Positions 50,866 through 63,010 of a DNA stretch of 64,000 nucleotides are shown here, piece by piece; position 1 is the first letter of the stretch, and the number at the start of each line of letters is the position of its first letter. Both the position numbers and the translations under genes were made by a program. The stretch is from Octopus sinensis (Eukaryota), in assembly GCF_006345805.1 (NCBI RefSeq), contig NC_043012.1:4464001-4528000 (forward strand), written 5' to 3'. Below the pieces are notes generated by a model. That model searched no databases and was not told where the DNA came from. It saw only the letters and a program-made list of their open reading frames with translations.

Positions 50866-51333
50866 TATATATGTGTGTGTATGTGAGATAGTGCATGTGC
50901 GTATATGTATGTATAAATATCTATGTATGTATGTGTATTTAAATATATATATATATGCATGTATACCTATATGTATGTGTATATATATATAAATATATAT
51001 ATATACTTATACATTTACATATATCATAAATAAATAAGGTAAACCTGCAAAAAAAAAAGTATGGAGTTCATTTGAGACAGAGATCCTAACAGGCCTTCTG
51101 TAGTCTAATCGAAAACAAATTCAATCGGCTAGCGATCAATTACACACTTCGATTCACGCCAGTGGGCTCGTCTTTTTTTCTTTCTTGTCTCAAATTGGTG
51201 CTGATAATGAATAATATTGATTTTTCTTTGTTTTTTTTTTAAATGTTTTCCATCATAATTGGAATAGTAGCAATCGTACGCAAGAACATAACATAGATAG
51301 ACAAAGATTACAAACAATAACTTCCATGTTATT

Positions 51334-53027
51334 TCAGACGTTATTGAAGACCTGGTTTGTATATCCGTGGTTGTCACTCGGAAGGAATGTATCTTTGTAA
51401 AAACCCCTACGATTCTTTGGAACACGCTTATTAAAATCCCTACGTATAGTTTTCCATCTGTCATGATATATTCTTTCGTAAACACTCTTCGGTGGTTCTT
51501 CTTCCATAGAATCGTCAATTGGATAATCCTCTTCAGGAAGCTGGCCTTCGTATACAGAGTCTTCCTCATCACTGGAGTAATCTGGTTGGATGTCTATATC
51601 TCTTGAGGCCGATGCCATGCTTCGGATTACATTTTCTATCATACGATTTTTCTCCACCTCGTTTGACAAGATGTGCGTGGTGGACATGAGATGCAAAAAG
51701 GTTCCCCAACGATGCATGCACATTCCAACAAATTGAAAAGTGAGCACGAGGCCAAAAACTGTCAGAAATATCACAGATATTGGTTCGTATTTTTTCAATA
51801 TAAAGAACGGTAACAGTTCATGTTTCATGGTTTGTAACTGCATAACAGCAACACTCCACAAGAGATTGAGCAGGAAATAACCAAACACGACATTGTTTCG
51901 AGTCGTGTCTAAATCTCTTTTGATCCTTTCTTTCTCGTCTTTGTCCTCTTTTAAAGGATACAGATATTTCCGAAGTATATAATTCCAGAATTTCACTTCA
52001 TCGTCGTTCACGCAGCATTCTTCTCCGTTGCCTAGATACGCTAACTTCCTCCAGTAGAAAGGGTCTACTTTTAAATGTAAGTCATCAGGGATTTTAGTCC
52101 GTATTACTTTTACTCCGGCCTGGATTGACTGTAACTGTGTGGTCGGCTTTTGGTTTTCTACATCGGTTACAGGATCAAAACCTCGCGTTTCCGCACTCTC
52201 ACCGGGTTTCTTACCAAGAATATCGTAAATAAATTTCTTGAAGTCTTCAATGATTGGTCTTAAGCTGTTCAAATTAAAGAGACTGAAAATCGTTTTCTTT
52301 TTGTCGTCATTCACCTTTTTCACAGATTCCTCATCGGAAACTTTCGGATTTTCTCGAGTACCCCACGACACATTATTTAAATTGCAGAGAAAATAGACTG
52401 TGAGGAAAATAAACGACGATGGCACAGTGAGAAAATATAAAATACCATGTATAAGACAAACGATTTCTCGAGGATGTAAAAGGCCACAAACGGAAAATAT
52501 TATAGCAAGACCAGCGAGGAAGACAACATTAGGTGAAATCAAATCCTCATCAAGAATGTTGACAAGAGTTCCGACGGTTACAACGACCATGACTACAGTG
52601 TAAACGCTGGTCATGAAAGCGGCAAACGTTATCTGAGTGCTGGTTTTAGCCTTTAAACAAACGACGATGAAGATAATAACGGGCACAAGTGAAAGGGCAA
52701 ATGACTTCCACATGCTCAGTTTCAGAACTGCACTGTAGGAGCCAGCAATCATCAAAATCACAGTCGCCGGAGCTAATATACTGGACGTCATTAAGATAAA
52801 TTGATATAATATGAACAAAGCACTGATGTTATCGTTTAAGCTAACTGTAACCCTCCATGTTGATAGAAGGTCCATGATATTGGCGATTGTAGAGGGCGCC
52901 CATCGACGCCTTTGGATGAAGAAATCATGAAAGCTCTCTGGTGCGAATGTAAATGCATCAGCTCCGGCGCAATAGTCGATTTTATATCCCTGCTGTAGTA
53001 AAAGGGTACACAACCAACGATCTTCAC
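51334..53027 (-). CDS. CHS: Chitin synthase, terminal coding exon (1694 nt including stop)
   Basis: Acceptor tttctttTAG at 53029-53028. (G)EDRWLCTLLLQQGY...QRRRWAPSTIAN, transmembrane block, SWGTRE, coiled coil and final TM segments; TGA at 51336-51334. Confidence 0.97.
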
Positions 53028-53465
53028 CTAAAAGAAACAGAGAATATAAAAGAGGTTATAGAAAATGAAACATAAAAAAACAATATGAAGGAACCTGTTA
53101 AAATAGGAAGTGAGAATCAAGTTATGCATAAGATAAGAATCGAGAATGAATATTGTGAATAATTCGTTCTACTATAGATAGAAAGTTTGGAATCTTGTGG
53201 GAGTGGGTTAGCCGATTATATGGACTCCAGTGCTGATCTAGTACGTATTTTATCAACTCAATAAGCATAACAGGGACAGTAGACTTCAGTGGAATTTGAA
53301 CCCGGAATGTAAAGTTGGCAGAAATGCCGTTAATCATATTGTTCGGCGTGCTAACCATTATACCAGCTCACCGTCTGAACATTACATATAATGATTTCTC
53401 ACTAATTTATTTTAGTTAATTTCATATCACAAATAGTGAAGACAAACATTATTGGTTACAGGTTT

Positions 53466-53730
<265 letters not shown>

Positions 53731-53995
53731 TACATAAATACATACACGGTGTATATGCATTGATTATGATACATAGATGACTATTTTAATACTGATTCAG
53801 TTGCAGATACCAGATGTGTGTGTGTGTGTGTGTGTGTATGAATATGTATGTGCATGAGCGTATCCATTCTTTCTAACGAACATATATGCACATCACATCT
53901 GTTAACTTGCTCATGCACATGTACACAAACACGAGCACACAAAAGCACTCACATAAATACGCACACTTATATGGAGAGTAAAAGCATAGGTTTAC

Positions 53996-54196
53996 CTTGT
54001 TCATACTGGATGAAGTCACGCGCTTTCACAGGTTTCCGAGTGTATGCTCTGATGACATTATCGTCCATTATAGCGGAGGCACGGAACAAAGAGAAACAAC
54101 CTGGGCAGCAAAGAACGCAACCAAAGACATGTTCTGCAGCCTTTTGCAGCCAATGGCCTATAGCGTACTCAAACTGTTGATACCATACCATGGGGC
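53996..54196 (-). CDS. CHS: Chitin synthase internal exon (201 nt)
   Basis: CAG acceptor at 54198-54197. (G)[41 protein letters not shown]...IQYEQ(G); donor G|GTAAAC; phase 1 to phase 1. Confidence 0.96.
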
Positions 54197-54237
54197 CTGT
54201 GTGATGAATAGAAGAGGAAAAAAAATAAAGTATATAT

Positions 54238-54345
<108 letters not shown>

Positions 54346-54493
54346 TTCTAGTAAAGGATAAAATAAAATTAAAAAATCATCAAAGTGGCCAGCATATTAA
54401 AATACCTTTAAAGGTGAAAACTATAAACAATTATAAACAAGGCATAGAAATCTTTTTTCTTTTCCCCTCGTTTATAATTATATATACACATAC

Positions 54494-54622
<129 letters not shown>

Positions 54623-54938
54623 CACTCCCACACACGTACACATGTATTCATGTAAAGTCATGTTTAACACGCTCGAGTGTATTCGGACGTGATAAGACTC
54701 TTTGCTGCAAGAATAGACCCGGAAAAAAATTAATTTTATCCATTTACACTTGTGAAGAAGCACATTTTAGTTTGGTCTGTGAGCGACGTCATTGGATCGT
54801 AAGGTGATTGTATTCCGTTTCGTCAGCTAGGATAGACCACTCAGTCGCTCACAACTCCACATACTCACACACACACACACGCACGCATTCAATAGATAAA
54901 TACATACATAAATATATGTCTATATGTATGTATCTATC

Positions 54939-54976
<38 letters not shown>

Positions 54977-55561
54977 ACACACACATATATATATGTATGT
55001 ATGTATGTATCTATCTATCTACATATATATATGTCTATAAATATATCTATATCTGTCTGTCTGTCTCTCTGTCCCTCTCTCTCTCTCTCTTTCTATCAAT
55101 CTATGCATATACACTTTTATATGCACACACAAACGCATATATGCATAGTGTTTGAGCATGGGTGCATTTTGTGTTTATCTCATACCACTTGACAGCAGAC
55201 ATTGGTTTGATTAAGAGTACGTAACTTAGCTGTTCTATAAAAATTGATCAACAAAATAAGTTCCAGATTTAAGAGAAGAACTAAGTTCGACTAAATCTAG
55301 TTCAGTTCTTTGTCCTCCAAAACATAAATCAAATAAAATCAAACTTTCAATTCCATACAATCATCGCTGCTAGGCACTTTTCGTTCGCTACTGATATATA
55401 CTGATATACTACTGTGCATTTTAACTCTATAAGTCTGTACGAAACACTTTCTCGAGACGAACACTGCAGTTTCGAGGCTTTCTACAGTGTGTCTGCATAA
55501 TGCAGTATGATATACAGAATGCTATTCCAAAAATATAAATGGGTTTGTAATTTTAGCTAAC

Positions 55562-55697
55562 CTGACCCAACTGGATGAATTCTTCCACAGACGGCGCCGA
55601 CTTTAGAATTCTTCAACATTCGATCAATAAGAAGTTTGACAGAATTGGGTTTAAAATCCACATCACCATCCAATGTCAAAATAAAAGTTTTTTCAAT
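55562..55697 (-). CDS. CHS: Chitin synthase internal exon (136 nt)
   Basis: Not in the ORF track. ttctttcattCAG|IEKTFILTLDGDVDFKPNSVKLLIDRMLKNSKVGAVCGRIHPVGS(G)|GTTAGC; DGD motif; phase 0 to phase 1. Confidence 0.96.
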
Positions 55698-55816
55698 CTG
55701 AATGAAAGAAAATTAATAAAATAAAACTGGTTGTCATTCGATGCCTTTTAGAGGACTTGCCATCTTTTAAACTAGGACAGCTTTCAATATGAATAATGAT
55801 AATAATAATAATAATT

Positions 55817-55890
<74 letters not shown>

Positions 55891-55949
55891 TTAATAATGA
55901 TAATAATAATAATAAGATGATGATGATGGTTTCTGCTAAAAGTACAAAG

Positions 55950-56456
55950 CCTGAAATGCTTTTGGGGAGGGGTAATTGATGAGTTCGTCAACCTCAGTGC
56001 TCAATTGGTACTTAATATATCGACCCCAAAACGATGAATGGCAAAGTCGACCTCGGCGGAATTTGAACTCAGAACGTAAAAACGGACGAAATTCCACTAG
56101 GTATTTAATCCGGTGTGATAACGATTCTGCCAGCTCGACACCTTAATAAAAATAATCCCTTCTACTATAGGCACAAGGCCTAAAATTTTTGGGGAAGGGT
56201 TAAATCAATTACATCGACCCCAGTACCTTTTTCTTTACTATCCACAAGGAGCTAAACACAGAGAGGACAAACAAGGACAGACAAACGGATTAAGTTGATT
56301 ATATCGACTCCAGTGCGTAACTGTACTTATTTAATCGACCCCGAAATGATGAAAGGCAAGTCGACCTCGGCGGAATTTGAACTCAGAACGTAACGGCAGA
56401 CGAAATACCACTAGACATTTCGCCCGGCGTACTAACGTTTCTGCCAGCTCACCGCC

Positions 56457-56460
<4 letters not shown>
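55950..56460 (-). mobile_element. SINE family A cluster in a CHS intron
   Basis: An older copy at about 55950-56145 plus a composite at 56155-56460. Confidence 0.8.
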
Positions 56461-56535
<75 letters not shown>

Positions 56536-56744
56536 AAGAAGAAAAGAAAAAGAAGAAAAAGAGGAAGAAGAAGGAGGATGAGAAGAAGGAGAAGAAGAAG
56601 AAAAGAAAAAGAAGAAGGAGGAGGAGGAGAAAAAGAAGAAGAAGAAGAAGAAGAAGAAGAAAGAAGAAGAAGAAGAAATGGGATAAAGAGGACAAAAGAG
56701 TTAAAAGAAATAGAAAAAGGAAGAATTGTACGATCGCGAATATA

Positions 56745-57110
56745 AAAGGCAGAAATGGGTTTCCTTCGAAGGATCCCTAGAGTAAGGTTACTCGACACGG
56801 TGCATAGCTCGGAGACCAAGGAGTCTCTCCTATTCGATTCGTTACTTCTCCGCATTAAGAGCTCACAGCTCCAGTACTACGAACATGCATGGGATTAGAA
56901 TGTCGCAGAAAAGAATCGAAAGACGGATTCTTGAAGTCGAGCAAATCGGGAAGAAACCAAGGAGTCGACCAAGAAAGAGATGGCTTGATAATATCCATTG
57001 TTTCTGTTAGTCACATTTGGGAATTCAGCCGGGAAATCTTATGATGATTGTTTCTGATATAATTGGTGCCCGAAGAATCTATCCTCTCCCCACGACCCTC
57101 CCAGAAATAA
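56745..57110 (+). mobile_element. RTE-clade LINE 3' fragment
   Basis: AEMGFLRRIPRVRLLDTVHSSE...LLRIKSSQLQYYEH matches RTE EM.FLRRI...QLRW.GH. Confidence 0.75.
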
Positions 57111-57293
57111 TGGACAGGTAAGATTAATGGATAAGATGGAAGTAGAATGACCCCCTAACAAAAAAAAAAAAAAGGAGTTATGAAAGGAACATTGGAGACA
57201 AGAAGTTAAACGAATAAAATAGTTGGCGGTGGAAGTTATGAGACTCATAATTTATACAAAAATCAAGGGAGGTAAATAACAGCAATTGTTTAC

Positions 57294-57458
57294 CCTTTTG
57301 AAATCGTCATCGGAGAGGTGGTTCAGGATGGATGCATTGGAATGGCTTTTAGTTTTACGTTTTTTCAGGCCAGTAACTTCAGTACTCACACAGATTTCAT
57401 TGTCTGTTCCTCGATCACCAAACATTTTAAAGCCCAATAGATAATACATATACATCAC
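57294..57458 (-). CDS. CHS: Chitin synthase internal exon (165 nt)
   Basis: VMYMYYLLGFKMFG...DDDFKR|GTAAAC; continues the KRWSQ-VMYMYYLLG motif; phase 0 to phase 0. Confidence 0.93.
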
Positions 57459-57501
57459 CTGAATAATAATAATAATAATAATAATCATAATAATAATAAT
57501 A

Positions 57502-57540
<39 letters not shown>

Positions 57541-57542
<2 letters not shown>

Positions 57543-57755
57543 GCTTCAAATTATGCCACAAGGGCAGCAATTTTGGGAGAGGGGATGAGTTGATTACATC
57601 GACCTCAGTGTTCAACTGGTATTTATTCTATCGACCCCGGAAGGGAATGAAAGGCAAAGTCGACCTCGGCGGGATTAGAATTCAGAATGTAAAGACGGAC
57701 AAAATGCCGCTAGGCATTTTCCCCAGCGTGCTAACGATTCTCTCAGCTCGCCGTC

Positions 57756-57757
<2 letters not shown>
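57541..57757 (-). mobile_element. SINE family A whose (ATT)n tail runs to a CHS splice acceptor
   Basis: Head at about 57757, tail ...ccttgtggcataatttgaagcca, then (ATT)n at 57540-57462. Confidence 0.82.
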
Positions 57758-57842
<85 letters not shown>

Positions 57843-57865
57843 TAATAATATAATAATAATAATAA

Positions 57866-58420
57866 TTCCCTGATGCAGTACCAGACAGTGGCCCTCGTGG
57901 CTTCTGATCTTAACTGATTGGAAGTGTTATCATGTACATTGTTTTGTCTTGGTATAAAAGATGGGCTACAGCAAATATTCTGCTCAATCCCACAGACTTG
58001 CTTGTCAGTTGTTTGACCTTAATAACTGAGCATGTTCCTTAGTGGCTGACGATATGTGCATCTCTGATCACGAGCAGAAGTAGTGGGGGAGCATCATAGC
58101 CGTGTGTTGAACAGAATTCTTAGAGGTTTGGATAATTCACCTTTGGAAACAAGGGTGGTTCATTTAACATCCTTAAACAATCCTTATTCAGGGACCTTTT
58201 GAGTGGGATGGGCTACTCGACTAAAAGAAAATTCTAACTGGGCCCCACCAGCAAGGTCATGCGCCGTTTATCTTGATATGAGATCACCATGTCGCGCACA
58301 TATGGTTGTGATGCATGTACCTTGTGTACCCTTATCAAATGGGTAGTCATGATGGGTATACTGGGCTTCGTATATTTTACACCAGTGTCACTTTGATGGC
58401 ATGCACTGCTCTCTCACTCA
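57866..58420. mobile_element. Unclassified family F5, second copy
   Basis: Co-linear with 27632-28180; AAT repeats on both sides. Confidence 0.8.
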
Positions 58421-59118
58421 ATGATAATAATAATAATAATTTTTTCTGCTATAGACACTAGCCCTGAAATAATGGAAGGGAAAGCCTATACATCGATCCC
58501 AGTGCTCAAATGGTACCTATTTTATCGACTTCGAAAGGATGAAAGGTAAAGCTGACCTCGCCGGAATTTGACCGTAGAACATAAAGAGTCAAGAAAAAAA
58601 ATTATGTGAAGCATTTTATCCGAAGCGTTAACGATTTTGCCAGATCAACTCTGAGTGAAGAAGAATAGTTGATATCAACCAACTCGGCTACTTGACGAAT
58701 GTTTATTCTATCGAACCCCGAATGGCTGAATGGCAAGATGAATTGGAAGGGAATTTGCACTCAGAACGTAAAGAACCCAATTAAATGCCGCAAAACATTT
58801 TGTCCGGTTATTTTTTGTCCGGTTAAGAGAGTTTATAAATGATAGGAAAGCTTGGAGAGTGTTTGTGGACGGATGAGTGAATTTTTAATGTTGCTCAAAA
58901 GGGTACGGAACCATCATGATGAGGTGAGGGTAAACCAGGATTTGCTGTCGGGTCCCGCTGCTGATATTGGGGGTTGTGTTCTATACCTTGACCCGACCAT
59001 AGAACGGGGCTCGCCCTTTTGAGCTGGGAAATGAATGGAATGCCTGGTGTGTGTCTTGTTGTGGCTACAGCCTTTAAAAAAATGGGGAATAGGTCTGGGT
59101 GTATATATATATATATAA

Positions 59119-59386
59119 TATATTAAATTAGAGATAAATCAAACATTGCTAAACCTCGCTAAGATAAATATTTCAATTACCTGAAGATTGACTGTAACCA
59201 TAACTCGAATTATTAAGAATTGTACAGCCATGAAACGATCGTAGTGTTTTACTCATTATCTTTTATTAAACTTTTAATACTTTTGATATATATTTAAAAT
59301 AATATAAATTAATTAATTTTATGTATTGGCTTAAGTTTTTCATTGTTTGATTTGCCTAATAGTGGTTTTATCTCTAATTTAATATA
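59119..59386 (+). mobile_element. Penelope-like element remnant in (TA)n with inverted ends
   Basis: 20-bp inverted repeat tatattaaattagagataaa (59119-59138 and 59367-59386) enclosing a minimal hammerhead motif. Confidence 0.6.
59176..59248 (+). ncRNA. Minimal type I hammerhead ribozyme motif (Penelope type), partly decayed
   Basis: UAC-CUGAAGA(59181-59187); helix II UGACUGUA/UACAGCCA; GAAA 59232-59235; palindromic C-GAUC-G helix III; GUA site; GUG. Confidence 0.6.
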
Positions 59387-59466
59387 ATATAATATTTTAC
59401 TATAAAATTGGATTCAATCCTAAATCTGATTTTTCCCTGTAAGTTTGGATTTATTTCCTAATATTT

Positions 59467-59503
<37 letters not shown>

Positions 59504-59729
59504 CGTTAGATGTGTCATTCAGAAACTCCCGCAAGGCTGCAGCTAGCTAAGCCTTCCTTGAATTAAACTCTAGCATCTTCAAAAAAGGACATATTGCTTG
59601 ATGTAGTCAGGAGTGGAGTATTGCTGAAGAAAAAATGTTAAGTTTATGCCATGAAAGCCCTTGAATATAGGTTTGTTCGGTTAGGGTACACTTGGGTATA
59701 AACGATGGCGACGATGAGGACGAAGACGA

Positions 59730-59880
59730 CACCACCACCACCACCACCACCATATCCACTACCACCACCACCACCACCACCACCACCACCACCCACCACC
59801 ACCACCACCACCATCACCACTACCACCACCACCACCACTACCACACCACCACCACCACCACCACCACCACCACCACCACC
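59730..59880. repeat. (CAC)n microsatellite
   Basis: Direct inspection. Confidence 0.93.
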
Positions 59881-59956
59881 AAATATATTGTTGGAAATTT
59901 TAAAAAAAACGCACATTACAGACGCACTTAAATATAAGCAAAATATATTTACTGAC

Positions 59957-60110
59957 CTGTGACCATCTCTTTTTGTGTCTGATTTTATCTTTATCCTTTA
60001 GATGAATAATCATTTGGGTATCACCTGGCATTACAAGTTCCAATCTGCCCCCGTAAGGTGTCGACACTTTTTTGAAATCATTCAGACGGATAAAACCTTT
60101 AGCAACTGAC
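59957..60110 (-). CDS. CHS: Chitin synthase internal exon (154 nt), the most 5' exon found in the window
   Basis: Long pyrimidine tract and gcAG acceptor. SVAKGFIRLNDFKKVSTPYGGRLELVMPGDTQMIIHLKDKDKIRHKKRWSQ|GTCAGT carries TPYGGR and HLKDK..IRH.KRWSQ. Confidence 0.95.
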
Positions 60111-60320
60111 CTGCGAAACAAAGAAGAAGAAGAAAAAAAGAAAAATGAAGTGAAGTCAGTTTTTCCCAAATTTCATGTTAGGAAAATACGGGACTGAAGA
60201 CGTTTGCCGATGGACTGAGTTGGTGAGAGACACAAAGGAAGTTCGATAAATTTAGTTACGAAAAGTGAGGACTAACGTTTCGGACTCTTATACTTTGTCA
60301 TAAAAGGTGTGTATGTATAT

Positions 60321-60351
<31 letters not shown>

Positions 60352-60672
60352 GGAGAGAGAAAGAGAGAGAAAACGAGATAGACAGAGGTGGGGGAAGTAG
60401 AGTTATTGCTTGGTTTGTAGGAAGTACAAGGAAAGAAACTGAAGGCCGAGAGAAATAGTTATTTAGATTCCTTGTTCTTTGATCCCTTCTATCGAGCAGG
60501 TTTATGATCAAAAGTATTCCAGCTGTGACGTAACCATCACGCTTTTTTTTCCAATTTGTAGAGAATCCACCTTCACATTAACTAATAAAGAACTCTTCTA
60601 AGTCGATAAGGTGTGGTGCGAGGGTGATTTGGCTACTCTTTCTATTTACCGCTCCACCACCTTGCCAAAAGT

Positions 60673-62328
60673 GAGTCTAAGCAAGTTTGTTTTAAAAAAT
60701 TCGTCTAAAATACAAATGATCTAAATGCAATTTGTCTAAAACAGTATTAATCTAGAAACAATTTGTCTAAAACACAATTTGACTAAAAAATAAAAATCGT
60801 TTCCTTTCGATGAACACGAGCAGCAGCGAAACTTCCTCCTTTAATCTATGTAGGGCATATAACTGGTGAAATAACAAAGGAACTGTTTTAAATGTGTCGT
60901 CTGCATACCAGTGACTGCTTAGTGATAAACACTGTAAATTACGCCTTGTTGCTAATACCGCAATACGCTTTTCAACTAGTCCTGAGTTATAAAGCAGAAA
61001 TTGATCACCTTTAAAAGACTCGGTGGGAAAACTATTTCACTGCAAATTGATGGTAGGGCCGGTCCAGTAAGGGTTTGTTGCCTTATAGATCTCATTGTTC
61101 TCTTAATACTTTGCATTTTTTGGTAGTTTGGAGGCAACATCTTGATCGCAACCACCGAGAACACTAGATACAAATGGATGGGATGCATCTTGTGTTAACT
61201 TAGCCAGTTGACGCATTTTTGAAACGGTTTCTTTTGCCGCAATTTCAGTGGCATCCAATGTATGATTATGGTCGTTGGAAGATTTCATTCCTTACATGAA
61301 TGAATACAAAAGAATTAAAGAAAGCAAGGCCTTGAAATGTAATTATAATTCTTCCTGGAGAAAAAAAAACAAAAACATCTGGCCTTCCAATTAAAAAACG
61401 TGAATACCAAAAATTCCTTTCCCACCCCCACCTAAAAGGTCATTCAAAAAGAAAGTTTGACCTCACTGATACAAAAGCCATGCTTCCCCCCTCCCGTTCA
61501 AACTGTTTTCTTCTTTCTTTTCCCTTCTTCTGCAAACCACCAAAACACTCCTATATGAGTGTGTATGTGTGTTTACCACAAGCAAATTTTGATAATTCTA
61601 TATAAGCGACACCATATTGTCCTAATAGCAACCTGGTGACTCTAAAGTTGCAAAAATTTGATGAATGCTCCGGCCCTGTTAAGTGGAGGAAAGAAAACCA
61701 GACAAGTTTTCATACTTGCATGGCCGGAATGAAACTAACAGCCTCTCGCTTCCTACCAACACCTTTTTTTTCTCTACCAACCCTACCGCTCCCTTAGGCA
61801 CCAGTGTCCGCCTGAACCGTCTCAACACCTTCCGGAGGCGGTAGCGCCCACTTTGAGAGCCTATGCTTTACAGTAATTATGCGAGCACGACATTTTGTTT
61901 TTTGATATTTTTCGCACTTCCAATAAACATGTTCACCATTTCCACCATTCTTATAGCATGTATGTCCATTATCAACCAACTTCTTACGACCTTTTTTTTT
62001 TGATTCAGCAAATTCAGCTGACATCTTTGGCTGTGGGTCTTTTCACTGTGAATAATTCCAGATAAGAATTTTTAAAGAAAACAACTAGTTGCTTTTAGTA
62101 AACAACTAATTTTATTCCATATTATCGCTAACAACTATTTATACTCGATAGCATGAGTAAACAAATATTCCGTTCCACTTCCTACGAATTCAACAAAAAA
62201 GAAACCATTTTTATTTTTTAGTCAAATTGTTTCAGGATTAATACTGTTTTAGACAAATTGTTTTAGACAGATTGCATTTAGATCAATTGTTTTCTAGACG
62301 AATTGTTTTAGACAAACACACCGGATAC
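60673..62328 (-). mobile_element. Mutator-like (MULE) non-autonomous element with a FLYWCH transposase remnant
   Basis: About 130-bp TIRs with aatttgtctaaaac sub-repeats; G...C termini; 10-bp TSD tgccaaaagt/taccaaaagt; KLVDNGHTCYK...VYWKCEKYQKTKCRAR and SSNDHNH. Confidence 0.85.
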
Positions 62329-62819
62329 TACCAAAAGTAATGATGACTAATAAATACTTAGTGTTGTGTAATTTTCTCAATGTCCTGTTTTTAGGACACC
62401 ATACATTAACGGGTTGTATTCTATCGACTTTATCTTTCCTCACCCCGAGGTTAATAAAATTAGTACCAGTCATGTGCTGAGATCAATTTACTCGACCACA
62501 CACCTTCCACACATATTCGTGGCCCTGTGTTAATGTTTCAAATCATTATTTATGTATTTTTCTGGATTAGTCACTAGATTTCGTTTATACCACGAGAGAA
62601 ATAGAAAATTGTACTTTTAGATAACAGAAAGACACCCTAGAAAACATGGCCTCGTTGTCTCTGCTGTTTTTATTCAAATATTTTCAATATTGTTAACCTT
62701 CAGGTAATGTCCTGAAAGGCAAAAGAAAAAGAAAGTGGTGGAAAACAAAACTCCATAGACTGTCAAACAAAAATGCACACACACATTTACACATATTCAC
62801 ACATACAGTAAAGAAATAT

Positions 62820-63010
62820 GGCTTAGTGGTTAAGTTGTTGGACACATGATCATAAGATAGTGGTTTCGATTCCTGGACCAGGCAATGCGTTGTGTTCTTG
62901 AGCAAAACACTTCATTTCACGTTGCTCCAGTCCACTCAGCAGGCAAAAACAAGTTATCGTGGAACAAACCAGCATCCTGTCCATGTTGGGGAATATAAAG
63001 GCCACAGAAA
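62820..63010 (+). mobile_element. SINE family F
   Basis: ggcttagtggttaag head, ggtttcgattcc, gtgttcttgagcaaaacacttcatttcacgttgctccagtccactcag. Confidence 0.75.

Noticed and set aside
51041-51060. Strong minus-strand acceptor-like T10-GCAG downstream of the CHS stop
   Set aside because: It is followed by AT microsatellite with no open frame and no matching donor.
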